A stretch of 64,000 bases of DNA, from NCBI RefSeq assembly GCF_021028975.2, contig NC_059435.1, forward strand, positions 70,060,001 to 70,124,000, in the 5' to 3' direction. Made by a program: the position numbers and the translations under genes. The notes below the pieces were generated by a model, which was not told where the DNA came from, did no database searches, and saw only the letters and a program-made list of their open reading frames with translations. Origin of the DNA: Sphaerodactylus townsendi (Eukaryota). How positions within the stretch are numbered: position 1 is the stretch's first letter; every line of letters starts with the position of its first letter. Shown piece by piece: positions 26,094 through 37,400 of this stretch.

Positions 26094-26496
26094 CTACGTT
26101 CAAGAGAGGGAGAAGGAAAAATTACACTGAGAATTCATAAACAATGTGGGAAAGAGCAACTGATCGGTATGAGTGAAAGTAAAGTCATCTGTGCAAGCTA
26201 ACCTACAACCCAAAAGTCTACAGATAGCTTTGATGACAGGCATCTACTATAACATGCAATTTCAAACCTGAGACTATGGCTACAATCCAAAGAACACTGA
26301 CTTTGGAGTAAGCCCAACTGAACAAAGTGGGACTTCCTTATGAGCAAATGTGTGTAGGATTCAGTGTACCTTGTTCTCACTACTGCTACAGAACCTTTAG
26401 GTTGTAATGCAAATTCTGGGAATAATCAGAATGGGCCTCCATCTTTTCCTTTCAGTGCAATTCGTGAACACTTCTTTCTAAGCTCCCACCGTTTAA

Positions 26497-26635
26497 AGGT
26501 GGTTTGCCATTAGCTATCTCTGTATAGTAACCCTGGACTTTCTTGGTGGTCTTCCATCCTAATACAAACCAGGGCCAACCCTGCTGAGCTTCTGAGATCT
26601 GACGAGACTGAGTAGCCTGGGCCACGCAGGCCAGG
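26497..26635 (-). mobile_element. 5S rRNA-derived SINE fragment
   Basis: Reverse of 5S-like head (...cagatctcagaagctcagcagggttggccctggtttgtattaggatggaagaccaccaag); related copies at about 53480-53620 (-) and 58828-59030 (+). Confidence 0.6.
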
Positions 26636-26681
26636 AACCAACAATGGGCATTAATTACTATTGAAGTAGTGGTTTTCTTGC

Positions 26682-26834
26682 CTTATAATCATCCATCCAC
26701 ACATGTGCTAGACGCAATGAATTATGCGCCATGGTGTCCCGTCCGCCTGGTGAGCCATAAGGACGACGCTTACGGAAGATGTGCCCCACTCTGGAACATG
26801 GGATAATGAGAAGTTTGCCCCCACACATCCAGAT
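26682..26834 (-). CDS. GALNT11: GALNT11 coding exon; GC donor
   Basis: ggcag|[27 protein letters not shown]...AHVWMDDYK|gcaaga. Confidence 0.94.
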
Positions 26835-28736
26835 CTGCCCAAAAACACAGAGAAAGTAAAACAAAGATATCACATATAAATATACATGTAGGAACGGCTG
26901 GTCTTATTTACTCATTTTGTTGTGAACAAACATCTTTATGGTGCTCATCCTCCAAGGAGCACAGAGCAACATACATGGTTCTCCCCACTTCTATTTTACC
27001 CTCAAAACCACCCTGTGAAGGAGGTAGAAACCAAACGGCCCCAAGATCAGCAGCAGGAGTTTGAACCTAGCTCTCCTCAGTCCTAATCATACAGACACTA
27101 ACCATTATCATAATGGGGTATCATATACTAGACCCTATCTCTATTTTTGATACAACAATAGCCTTGTCAGGATATTCAGAGCTGGTTAGAATAGGTAGAC
27201 ACCTTAGGTGCTTGCTTCCCAAGTAAAATAATGATTTGTTTCTCTTTGAATCTAAACAAACTATTCTTTACTATTGAACACCAACTGGATAACAACAGAA
27301 AAATGCAGAAACTGGATACCATGGAATTCTCTTTGTTCTTGTTCTATATTAATTCCAACTTACAAACTTCTGAGGCCTTTTCTGCTGGTGTTCTCATGGG
27401 GAGCAGAGCCTCCTCTTTCCAGGACTTCAGTGCAACAAACTTCCTTTGTGAATGGCCCTGAGATTAACAGCAACCTACAGATCTCTCCGCAGCTATTCAA
27501 CCCTCTCTGGTAACAGCTCTCTTAGCTCTCAGGCACCTTATGCCTCTTAAGGGAATTCTCTGCTGCAGATATCTGGATTTCAGCTCTGGTCCTGTTTTCT
27601 GAAGTTCCTGGCAGACTGAGGCCATTTCCACACAGGTCAAAAAAGCCAGTAAAATGACAGTAAAAAGTGTTATCAGCAGCTGTGCAAAGCGCTGGGGTTC
27701 AGAAGATGTGCTACCTGTCTATGGAGCACCTGCCCATGCGAACGCCCCGTTACTGCAGCTTTGCCAATAACACCGATGGCACAACACTTTAATTGGCTGT
27801 GCAGAAACAGCCTTAGCTTGTTCTACTTGTAGGTTGAAGAAGGATTGAAACATCCAACTTTTGATTGGCTTCTACCAGAACAATAAGATTACTACGTTCT
27901 CTTTGCTGTCTGATTGGTTCTTCTCTTACCAGACTAAGGGCCAATATAAAAGCTCCATTTTCCTTCCTCCTTCTCTAATTGGTTAGCTTTACAAACTCTA
28001 AATTTGCATGATTACTTAGCTTTCTAAGACACAAAAAGACCTTAAACTCATTCTTATACACATACTTTTCTATTTACAATTATATATACACAAATACATA
28101 CATGGGTTTTTAAAAATTTCTTCATAGTCCTTTATTGTAAAGATGATGCTGATGTCTAGTATTTTGCCCTTAATTTCTTAAACGTGTCAAGCAATAGCTA
28201 TTGAAGCGGGGGCGGGACTGATGTCATATAACTCATTTTGTTTCATAATCCTAACCAAATTGCATCACCAAGATGCAACTAGTCCAAGTAACGGGTCACG
28301 GAGGTGAAGTGGATTTTCAGTGGACGAGACCACTGCTAAGTTCTATATGTCTGCATACTTTGTTAAACTGTGTGTTTTCTTGATCATATTTTCAGCTCCA
28401 CCCCAAGAATTTTTCACTTCATCTCAAGATACAAAGTGAGGGAAAAGTTCCACCCAGTTTAGGTTGTTTTAGAGACAGTTACAATCTCTTATCGTAACAG
28501 CTTTTGATCAAAATAACCTTTAATCTTCTCCTGAGCTCTGTACTCTCTCTGTACTGGCCACGCACCTGCCAGATGCTTATACTCAGCTGTGCTGGTCACA
28601 GATAAGTTAAGTAACCCAGAGTCCATACTGCTCTGCAAAACTAGGAACAGTTTAGGGACCTGCTACAGTATGCAGAAAAATGCTAACATTCCAACAGTAC
28701 TCTAAGAAAAAGGGGGTGTCATCTGCATATACACAC

Positions 28737-28854
28737 CCGAAATGATATTTCCAGGTTTTCGCCTCCCCAGATGTCCATGCCGCTATCATATTGTCCAAGT
28801 TCATTGAAGTATTCTCTGTCCATAGCAAACAAGCCTCCTGCCATTGTAGGTGAC
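28737..28854 (-). CDS. GALNT11: GALNT11 coding exon (Gal/GalNAc-T motif WGGEN)
   Basis: tacag|[39 protein letters not shown]|gtgtgt. Confidence 0.97.
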
Positions 28855-29340
28855 CTGTAAAAAAAATAATTGCTTTGGAAATCATATCTAATCAAAGGAG
28901 AGAGAGGGGGTAGGGGAATTACTGTCTGGATATTCTGGATATTGGAATGGACAAGCAATAGAAGGGAGAGGGGAAAAAACAGATGACCGCAGAGAAGGAT
29001 CTAAATTAAACAAAATTAACAAAAAGGGCTGGTGACAACTGCTTTCTCTACTTTCTCCTTCGAATATTACTTTTCCTCTTCTCTCCTTCCTGCACCACAC
29101 ACCCACAAGAGTAGCAATTTTAAAAAAATACTGTGGGAAAGAAGAGGGCAAGGAAATAAAATAAACACTGTGGTAGCACCAGCTGTGGAAATAATGAAAT
29201 TTTAATCTGCACAGCCAATCAGATCTTCAGTGGCGATTCAGAAGTACGTGGGCAGGAGCCCCATCTGATCACAAATGCTATCTAAATAGACTTGGTGGGC
29301 AGCAGAAAAGTATCAGCAGGCAATCAGGCAGAAATCTTAC

Positions 29341-29590
29341 TTGATTGGAGAAGTGGCTCCCTCAGGGCCTTCCAGTTCAGATAAAGGAACAAGATCCCAT
29401 TTGAAATGCAGGCCCCAGTTGAACCCTCCACGGACCACTGGGGAAGAGCTGTAGGTCAGGGTGTCCGCACTGATTATGTCAATGACAGGGCAAACCACTG
29501 TTCTGCGTGATTCCCGGATAGGTGTCAGCAAAGGCTGGATCCACAGCTTGTTCACTTCACAGTGGCTGTCTAGGAACACGAGCACCTTCC
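29341..29590 (-). CDS. GALNT11: GALNT11 coding exon (DxH motif)
   Basis: ctcag|[13 protein letters not shown]...[13 protein letters not shown]...[11 protein letters not shown]...|gtaaga. Confidence 0.97.
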
Positions 29591-30865
29591 CTGAGAAGGC
29601 AAGAGCACGTCAGGCATGGCGGACGAGGAAGCAACGGCACCACTTTCAGAGTTTTACCATTTCACAAGATGCAGAATCAATTCCTATTTTACCAGAGAGA
29701 GAAACACAAAAACAGGCCAGTCCCAAATGCCTTCTACTTTCTAGTTCATTTGGCGAGAGCCTTGAGAAATACGATCATAACAAAGTTTGAGGCCAGGAAA
29801 CATTTAAAACAAACAAAAGGCACAATTTTATCATAGTTCTCAGAGCTCTCATTATTTATCCATCTATCCCAACTGTTTCATATCTGGCGCACATGGGCAG
29901 CTGTCTGCAATGCAACAGTGCAGACAGATGTCCTTATGGTTTGTATGAGCATCTCCCCTTTTGGATAAGGCCAAGTGTAACAGCAGCAACATAACTCCTA
30001 CTTGCTTGTTTTTCCAAAGCTGCCATGGAGTGCATAGCTTGCCAATACTAGCCAAATCAAAGTAAAGCATCCTCTTTTAATTTTATGGCAGTCTGGAAGC
30101 TGAAATGGTGAAAGGAAAGGAATGAAAGGAACACAGCTAGCATTGTAGATAACAGAGAAAACCTAATGATTTACAAAAATCCCTACTGGTTATTTGTAAA
30201 TGAAAGCCAAATTTTTCATATTTCGAGAGGAACTAAAAGAGATTCCATTCAGGAAAGCTATTTTTATTCCCATTATAGCTGTACAGATTTATCTTTCTCA
30301 TCACTGATACTGGTCCAAGAGACAATTTTTTCGCTGCAGCATTGAACCCAGTACTCTTGTCATTTCAATGTATTGTAAATTTAGCTAATGGGTTCAAAGA
30401 CAGGGATCTGAATTAAATCATGTTACTGCAATGTTGGTGATTAGCACACATTAATTAGGGAGAGCTTATGCCATCATTACCGGTTACAATACAAGCTTTC
30501 CTGATTTAACACCATGTTATCACTGATGCATGCTAATGTATAATGCAGGCTAATTACACAGATTATCAAGTAATATTCTAACCCAATTAATTACTATAGC
30601 CGCAGCAAACCTCTCTGGTGGATCAAGGGGAGGGAGTATTTGTAAACTGCACTAACACTGGGTGTGTCTGTGTTGCCATAGTGACAACCATCATCTGAAT
30701 GTACCATCCTATATTTAATGAGACTTGAGTGGGTAGACCTCCTTTTGGGACATAGTTTCAGTGAATTTTCTAAACCTCGTTTTTCACAGTAAGTGTACAT
30801 TAAGATCAAATGAAAATATTTATAGGGAAGACCCATTCTAACATTCCACTCCTAATGCATTTCAA

Positions 30866-31034
30866 NNNNNNNNNNNNNNNNNNNNNNNNNNNNNNNNNNN
30901 NNNNNNNNNNNNNNNNNNNNNNNNNNNNNNNNNNNNNNNNNNNNNNNNNNNNNNNNNNNNNNNNNNNNNNNNNNNNNNNNNNNNNNNNNNNNNNNNNNNN
31001 NNNNNNNNNNNNNNNNNNNNNNNNNNNNNNNNNN
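30866..31034. other. Assembly gap (N run), intronic
   Basis: run of n. Confidence 1.
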
Positions 31035-31395
31035 TGTAAGTGAGATGTCCCTACAGTTCATGGGAAATTCCATGTTTGTTGGTTAGGGAAGGGCTAGCCA
31101 ACCTTGGCATGCTCAAGAATTACTCTATTGCTTACTCTATTTTCCAAACAGCAATCTAGGGCCACAAGCATATTTTTTCTACACCATCTGACCCTTTTCC
31201 TGAGTGGTTTGACTAATAAAGTCTGCACTCAACAATGGGACACATTTATCAAATAGCTAACTATTAGGGAAGAATCAGTTTGAGACAGTAGAAGAAAAAA
31301 CATGTTGTCTACCAACTACGCTACTGAAGTTACAAGCAACTGTGTTCAATCATCCTGATTTGACCAGTTAAGGCTGACAAGAAAGGCAATATCAC

Positions 31396-31521
31396 CTGTA
31401 GCGTGGGAGGCTCCAATCATTCGCCCTCGAATTAATCCTTCTCGTTTCTCATTTCTGACTAGTTTTATTTTGTTTGGAAGGTTTTTTGATATATAAACAC
31501 CCAAGTGTTCTTTCAGGTCAT
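31396..31521 (-). CDS. GALNT11: GALNT11 coding exon
   Basis: tttag|DLKEHLG...[20 protein letters not shown]|gtgata. Confidence 0.96.
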
Positions 31522-31596
31522 CTAAAAAAGAAACAGAGGTCAATAATATACCTCTGATACAAAAGTAGAATATTAACAAAAATGTTTTCAGTCCTT

Positions 31597-31830
31597 CAGT
31601 GTGGTGTCGTGGTTAAAAGTATCAGACTAGTATCTGGGAGACCCAAGTTTGAATCCCCACTTCTGTCATGGAAGCTTGCTGGGTTACCTTAGGCCTGTCA
31701 CACTCTCTCCGCCTAACCTACCTCACAAGATTGCTGTGAGGATAAAATGGAGGACAGGAGAATGATGTAAGCCATTTTGGATCCCCACTGGGGAGAAAAG
31801 GGGGTATAAACAAAGTAAATAAATAAAATA
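31597..31830 (+). mobile_element. Full-length Squam3-like tRNA-derived SINE
   Basis: Pol III A/B-box head (ggtgtcgtggtta...gtttgaatccc), body cctaacctacctcaca, (TAAA)n tail. Confidence 0.8.
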
Positions 31831-32209
31831 GACAATGATTGAAATATCATCTGAATAGGCTCTTGGTGCATGCACAAAAGGGGAAGAAGCACACAATCCT
31901 CCCCTTCCTCCTCCAAAGACCAAATTTAGTACAAACCAACCATCAGTTGATTTTAGCTGCCTGAAAACTCAGATCGCTATGTGGACTTGGGAATATTTCT
32001 CAAAGCTTGAAAGTAGCTGTTCATGAACACAAATAGGAAGAATCAGTAACTCGGATCACTCAAGTATTTGGCCAAGTAGGCTCCAGCAGACAAAAGCTTA
32101 AGCTAAAATAAAAAGGGTTACAAGACCTTGTCTTTCTCCCAGCAACACTCTTCCCTGAGAAATAGTTCACTGTAACTATTAATGCTGCATTTTAAATGGG
32201 GAAGGGTTT

Positions 32210-32360
32210 ATTTTTATTCTTATTAGAGCTGTTTTAACTTATATTTATCGTATTTAAAATGTTATTGTGCTCTATCCATGTTGTACACCGCCCTGAGCCC
32301 TTTGGGGGAGGGCGGTTTATAAACCCAAATAATAAAATAAAAAAATAAATAAATAAATAA
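32210..32360 (+). mobile_element. L2 3' tail fragment
   Basis: ccgccctgagccctttgggggagggcgg stem-loop plus (TAAA)n. Confidence 0.75.
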
Positions 32361-32503
32361 CTCCTGCTGGGTCACAAAGAATGGATCTGAAACACTGACA
32401 TGCCTGACCAGAGCCCCTGGCAAAGCTATTTTGTCAGCCCAACACAAACCTAACAGCTGAATCACACTAAACAAAACTAGCATAAAATGTAAGAGTTTCT
32501 CAC

Positions 32504-32670
32504 CTAATTCACTGTTGTCATCCACCAAGATAATTTCATGGAGAAGATATGATGGAGTGCGGTCTAGGACACCATGAACTGTCCGGAGCAAGGCAGAAAG
32601 TGCTTCATTATAGAAACATATTACAATGCTAGCGTGTGGCAAATCAGGAGGGTAACTCTTTTCCTTACAC
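32504..32670 (-). CDS. GALNT11: GALNT11 coding exon (GT-A fold start)
   Basis: cacag|[32 protein letters not shown]...[11 protein letters not shown]|gtgaga. Confidence 0.97.
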
Positions 32671-32871
32671 CTGTGAAAAAACACCACATATAACTTCAAA
32701 GCTTAAACTGCTCCTTTTCCTGCTCATGACAGATTTTGTTCACAGTAAATGTCAGAATCAAACATCCAGATGTCCAGCAGCCGCTAGAATCTAAAAATTG
32801 GGCCAGGCAGGTGGGTTGCTGAGGAGAAAAGAAAGGCACTTTCCCATCCCTCCATGTGACCTGCCAATATC

Positions 32872-33284
32872 TAATTTATTTACCATTTTATTTACTTTAT
32901 TTACTATTGTTTTATTTACTTTATTTATACCCTACCTTTCACCTCAATGAGGACCCATTCACACCATTCTTCTTTCCTCCATTTTATCTTTATGGAAACT
33001 CTGGCTCATTCCGCACATGCAGAATAATGCACTTTCAAACTGCTTTCAATGCTCTTTGAAGCTGTGCAGAATGGCAAAATCCACTTGCAAACAGTTGTGA
33101 AAGTGGTTTGAAAATGCATTATTTTGCATGTACGGAAGGGGCCTCTGTGATGTTCATTAGACTGTGAAGGTGTGATTGGTCCAAGGTCTCCCAGCGAGCT
33201 TCCATGGTAGAAGTGGGGATTCGAACCTGGGTCTGCCAGATCCTATTCCAGCACTTTAACCACTACTACATCACACTGGCTCTC
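32872..33284 (-). mobile_element. Squam3-like SINE interrupted by a palindromic MITE (33003-33144)
   Basis: SINE head at about 33200-33280, tail at about 32875-32930; MITE arms ttccgcacatgcagaataatgca / tgcattattttgcatgtacggaa. Confidence 0.7.
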
Positions 33285-33594
33285 TGGCCTCTGCCTCCTT
33301 TTACATTATTTTGCTACAAAAAAAGTCTTCACTATTTCTGCCACAACATTCCACCTCAGTCTACTTTTTTTTTCAGATGACAAGAATATTAAATTTCAAA
33401 ATCAGCTCCCTAACAGGATTAAATCCCCTGGTAAGAACAATGTTTCATTCTGCTTTGCCACATTCCACAGCAGTTCCTGCAACACAAATCCCTGCTCTCT
33501 ACCCCTACCCACTAAGGATAGACATTTCACTAGCTCAGCATCGTAAGTCTTTTGAAGCAATCATTTGTTTTATTGAGAAAATGCGGAAACATAC

Positions 33595-33718
33595 TTTGGA
33601 TCTCTTGTGTCTGGCACATCTCTGTGATATCCCAGCCTGTTACTGATGAGCATATTGAAGGCATGTTTTTGATAGCCCAAGTCTCTTACTTCCTGGTCTT
33701 GTTCATTAAAAATCATTC
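33595..33718 (-). CDS. GALNT11: GALNT11 coding exon 3
   Basis: tatag|[40 protein letters not shown]|gtatgt. Confidence 0.97.
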
Positions 33719-34011
33719 CTATAACAGAAAAAAGGACCAAAATTAGTTCATGGGGCATCTGATTTTTAAAACCAAAAGTTCAACTATCCCAATATGTACT
33801 GCTTCCACAGTAATTCTTGACAGGATAAGGAAAATATCAACATGAAACTACTACAGTTATACAAAAACAACCATTGGATACTTACCAAATGCCACCCCAC
33901 TTCTGTTGAAGATATTTGCAAAGCGGCCATTTGATCTTCATTTGATCTTACAGCTTTTTTGGAGGCAGCCTTTGGCTGAAGAGTCTAATGGCACATACAT
34001 CAGTCCAACTA

Positions 34012-34264
34012 CCCTGTTTCCCCGAAAATAAGACATCCCCTGAGAATAAGACATAGTAGAGGTTTTGCTGAAGTGCTAAATATAAAGCATCCCCCGAAAG
34101 TAAGATGTAGCAAAGTTTTTGTTTGGAAGCATGCCCGTCGAACAGAACACCAGAGCATGCAGCTGTGGAGCGGAAAAATAAGACATTCCCTGAAAATAAG
34201 ACATAGCGCATATTTGGGAGCAAAATTTAATATAAGACACTGTCTTATTTTTGGGGAAACACGG
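34012..34264. mobile_element. Tc1/mariner (Tigger-like) MITE
   Basis: TIRs ccctgtttccccgaaaataagaca / tgtcttatttttggggaaacacgg; TA TSD; internal aataagac repeats. Confidence 0.88.
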
Positions 34265-34445
34265 TAATGATTAACCACCCATTCTTTGGGACACTTTGAA
34301 ACACTGCTCTGGGAAGCCCCACAAGATGTCCTCTGCTCAGTGGGAGAATGACCACTGGATACTTACTGTGAATGGTCCCTCTCCTCTGAATTAAGGAGGA
34401 TATCTTGCCACTCCCAAAGATCATCATGACTATTTTAAGACAACC

Positions 34446-34488
<43 letters not shown>

Positions 34489-37400
34489 TTTTATAATCAA
34501 ATTTATATACCGCCCCTCCCCCGAAGGGCTCTGGGCGGTAAACAACACAATCATCACAACAATAACATTAAAACCCCAATTAAAACAGCGAATTAAATAA
34601 GTTACAGCGGCATCCAACAAAACTTCATAAAACGTAATACACCCACCCTGGAAACAGACCCAAAAAGCTGAGGGCCCAATTAAGGGCCCAGAGCATAAAG
34701 GAGGAGAGGGGAGGGCGACTTCAGCGGTCAGCCCTCCAAACCGCCTTGATTGGAACAATTAGGTCTTTCAGGCCCTGCGGAACTCTCCAAGATCCCGCAG
34801 GAGGCCCTAATAGCTGGTGGTAGAGTGTTCCACCAGGCAGGGGCCAGGGGTGTAATGGCCCTGGCCCGGGTAGAGGCCAACCGCATCATTGAGGGGCTAG
34901 GGACAGCCAACAAGTTGGCCTCTGCCGAGCATAGAGGCCGCAAAGGGACATATGGGGTAAGACGGTCCCGAAGGTCACGAAGGTCCCAGACAGCGTAAGG
35001 CCTTAAAGGTGAGTACCCACACCTTATGAATGATTCGAACTCAACCGGAAGCCAATGCAATGCCGCGCAACACAGGTGGATTTTGTTCGCTAATGGCACC
35101 ACCTGTTAGCACACGTGCCGCTGCATGTTGTACCAGTTTCAACTTCCCGGATCAGGCGTAAGGGAAGGCCTCGCGTAGAGCGAAGTTACAATAGTCTAAC
35201 CTAGAGGTGACTGTTGCATGGATCACAGTGGCGAGGTCCGCCTGGGAGAGGAAGTGGGCCAACCGCCGGGCCTGTCTAAGGTGAAAAAAGTCAACCTGGG
35301 TTATATGGGCGACCTGGGGCGCCATTGAAGGATACGAATCCAGGTGGACCCCCAGGCTGCGAATGGAGGAGGCTGGTGCCAATGTAGCCCGCTCCCACTC
35401 CGGCGGTTGGAAATCCCCCGCCTCCCCCCGGCGGCCCAGCCAAAGGATCTCCGTCTTCGATGGATTCAGTTTTAACCTGCTCTGTTGTAACCATCCAGCA
35501 ACCGCCTCCAAACAATGCTGTAGAGCTGCAGGGGCAGCGACTGTCCATCAACAGAATGAGCTGAGTGTCATCAGCATACTGGTGACAGATCAGCCCAAAG
35601 CTCCGCACCAACTGAGCAAGTGGTCGCATATAGATGTTAAACAATAGCGGGGAGAGCAATGCCCCCTGGGGCACACCACACTGAAGTGGGCACCTCTGGG
35701 AGGCTTGGTCCCCACACCACACTTGCTGACTCCACCCCCGGAGGAACGAGACAATCCACTGAAGGACAGTGCCCCGCACCCCGGAAGTGGCCAGGCGGTG
35801 GGCCAAAAGGTTGTGGTCGACCATATCAAACGCTGCGGTAAGGTCTAGTAATACCAGCAGCGCCGATCCGCCTTGGTCAAGTTGTATGCGGAGCGTATCC
35901 GTGATGGCGACGAGAACAGTCTCCGTCCCATGCCCAGCACGGAAGCCGGACTGGAAGGGATCGAAAGCCTGTGCGTCCTCCAGGAAACTCTGAAGCTGCT
36001 CCAACACCACTCTTTCAATTACCTTCCCCAGAAACGAAAGATTCGAGACGGGGCGGTAATTGGCCAGATCTCCTGGATCTAACGATGGTCTTTTTAAGAG
36101 TGGGCGGACCACTGCCTCCTTCAACCCACCCGGAAAGACTCCTTGCTCAAGGGAGCCATTGATGATCTTCAACAGGTGGGGTCGTAGCTCCCCCTGGCAA
36201 GCTTTAATAAGCCAGGAGGGGCACGGATCCAGAGGACAGGTAGTAGGTCTAACAGCAGCCAGAACCCTGTCGACACTGGCTTCAGAGAGCAGGGAAAACT
36301 GGGCCAAACAAGGGCCGGAAGACGGCAAGGGAGCCTCTAGTTCGCTAATTGTATTCAACACAGAAGGAAGGTCCTGGCGGAGCGACGCGACTTTGTCTGC
36401 AAAGAAGCTCATAAATGCCTCACAGCTGATAGCCAATTGAGAATTTGTAGAACCTGCAGGTAATGAGGTCAAAGTCCGAATTAAACGGAACAATTGTGCC
36501 GGGCGGGAGCCAGCAGATGCGAGAGAAGAGGAGAGGAAGACTCTCTTCGCCTCTTTCGTCGCCATCTCATAGGCCTTCATAAACGTCCTATAGGATGTTC
36601 GCGTAGCTTCGTCACGAAATTTCCTCCACACTCGCTCTAGTCGTCTGAGTTCCCGTTTCATATGGCGTAGCTCCTCAGTATACCACGCAGCCAGCCGTGA
36701 ACGGGGACGCAGAGGACGCCGGGGGGCAACAACATCAATGGCATCGGAAAGCCGGGCATTCCAATCTTCCACCTGCTCATCGAGTGTGCCGGCAGGTTCA
36801 GGATCCCGCAGAGCATTCAGGAAACCAAGTGGATCCATAAGTCTCCGCGGGCGGACATAAATCAGTCTGTCGCCTAGACGGGGGAGGCATGGCAAGTCCA
36901 TCCAAACCTTCAGGGCATAATGGTCGGACCATGGCACTCTATCAGTAGAGGATACGACCATATTGATTCCCGACCCGAAGACCAAATCCAGCGTGTGACC
37001 CGCCTCATGAGTGGGGCCAGAATTTACCAAGGAGAGGCCCAGCGTCGCCATGGATGACACCAGGTCCGCAGCTACTGCACATGAGGCAGCGTCGACATGG
37101 ACATTGAAATCCCCCAGGACAATAAGTCTGGGAAACCTCAATGCCCAGTCAGACACCACCTCCAGCAGCCGCAGCAGACCGTCCCCCGGTGCGCTAGGCG
37201 ACCGGTACACCAGGAGGACGGCCAACCTCTCCGTTGCCAACCACTCTAGGCCGACACACTCCATACCGGTGATCTCCGGGACCGGGATAGCCCTAAAGGG
37301 GATGGAATCTCGGATGAACATTGCCACGCCGCCCCCCCGGCCCCGTGTTCGTGACTGGTGGAGGCACGCGAAACCTGGTGGGGAAACTTCGCATAAAGCA

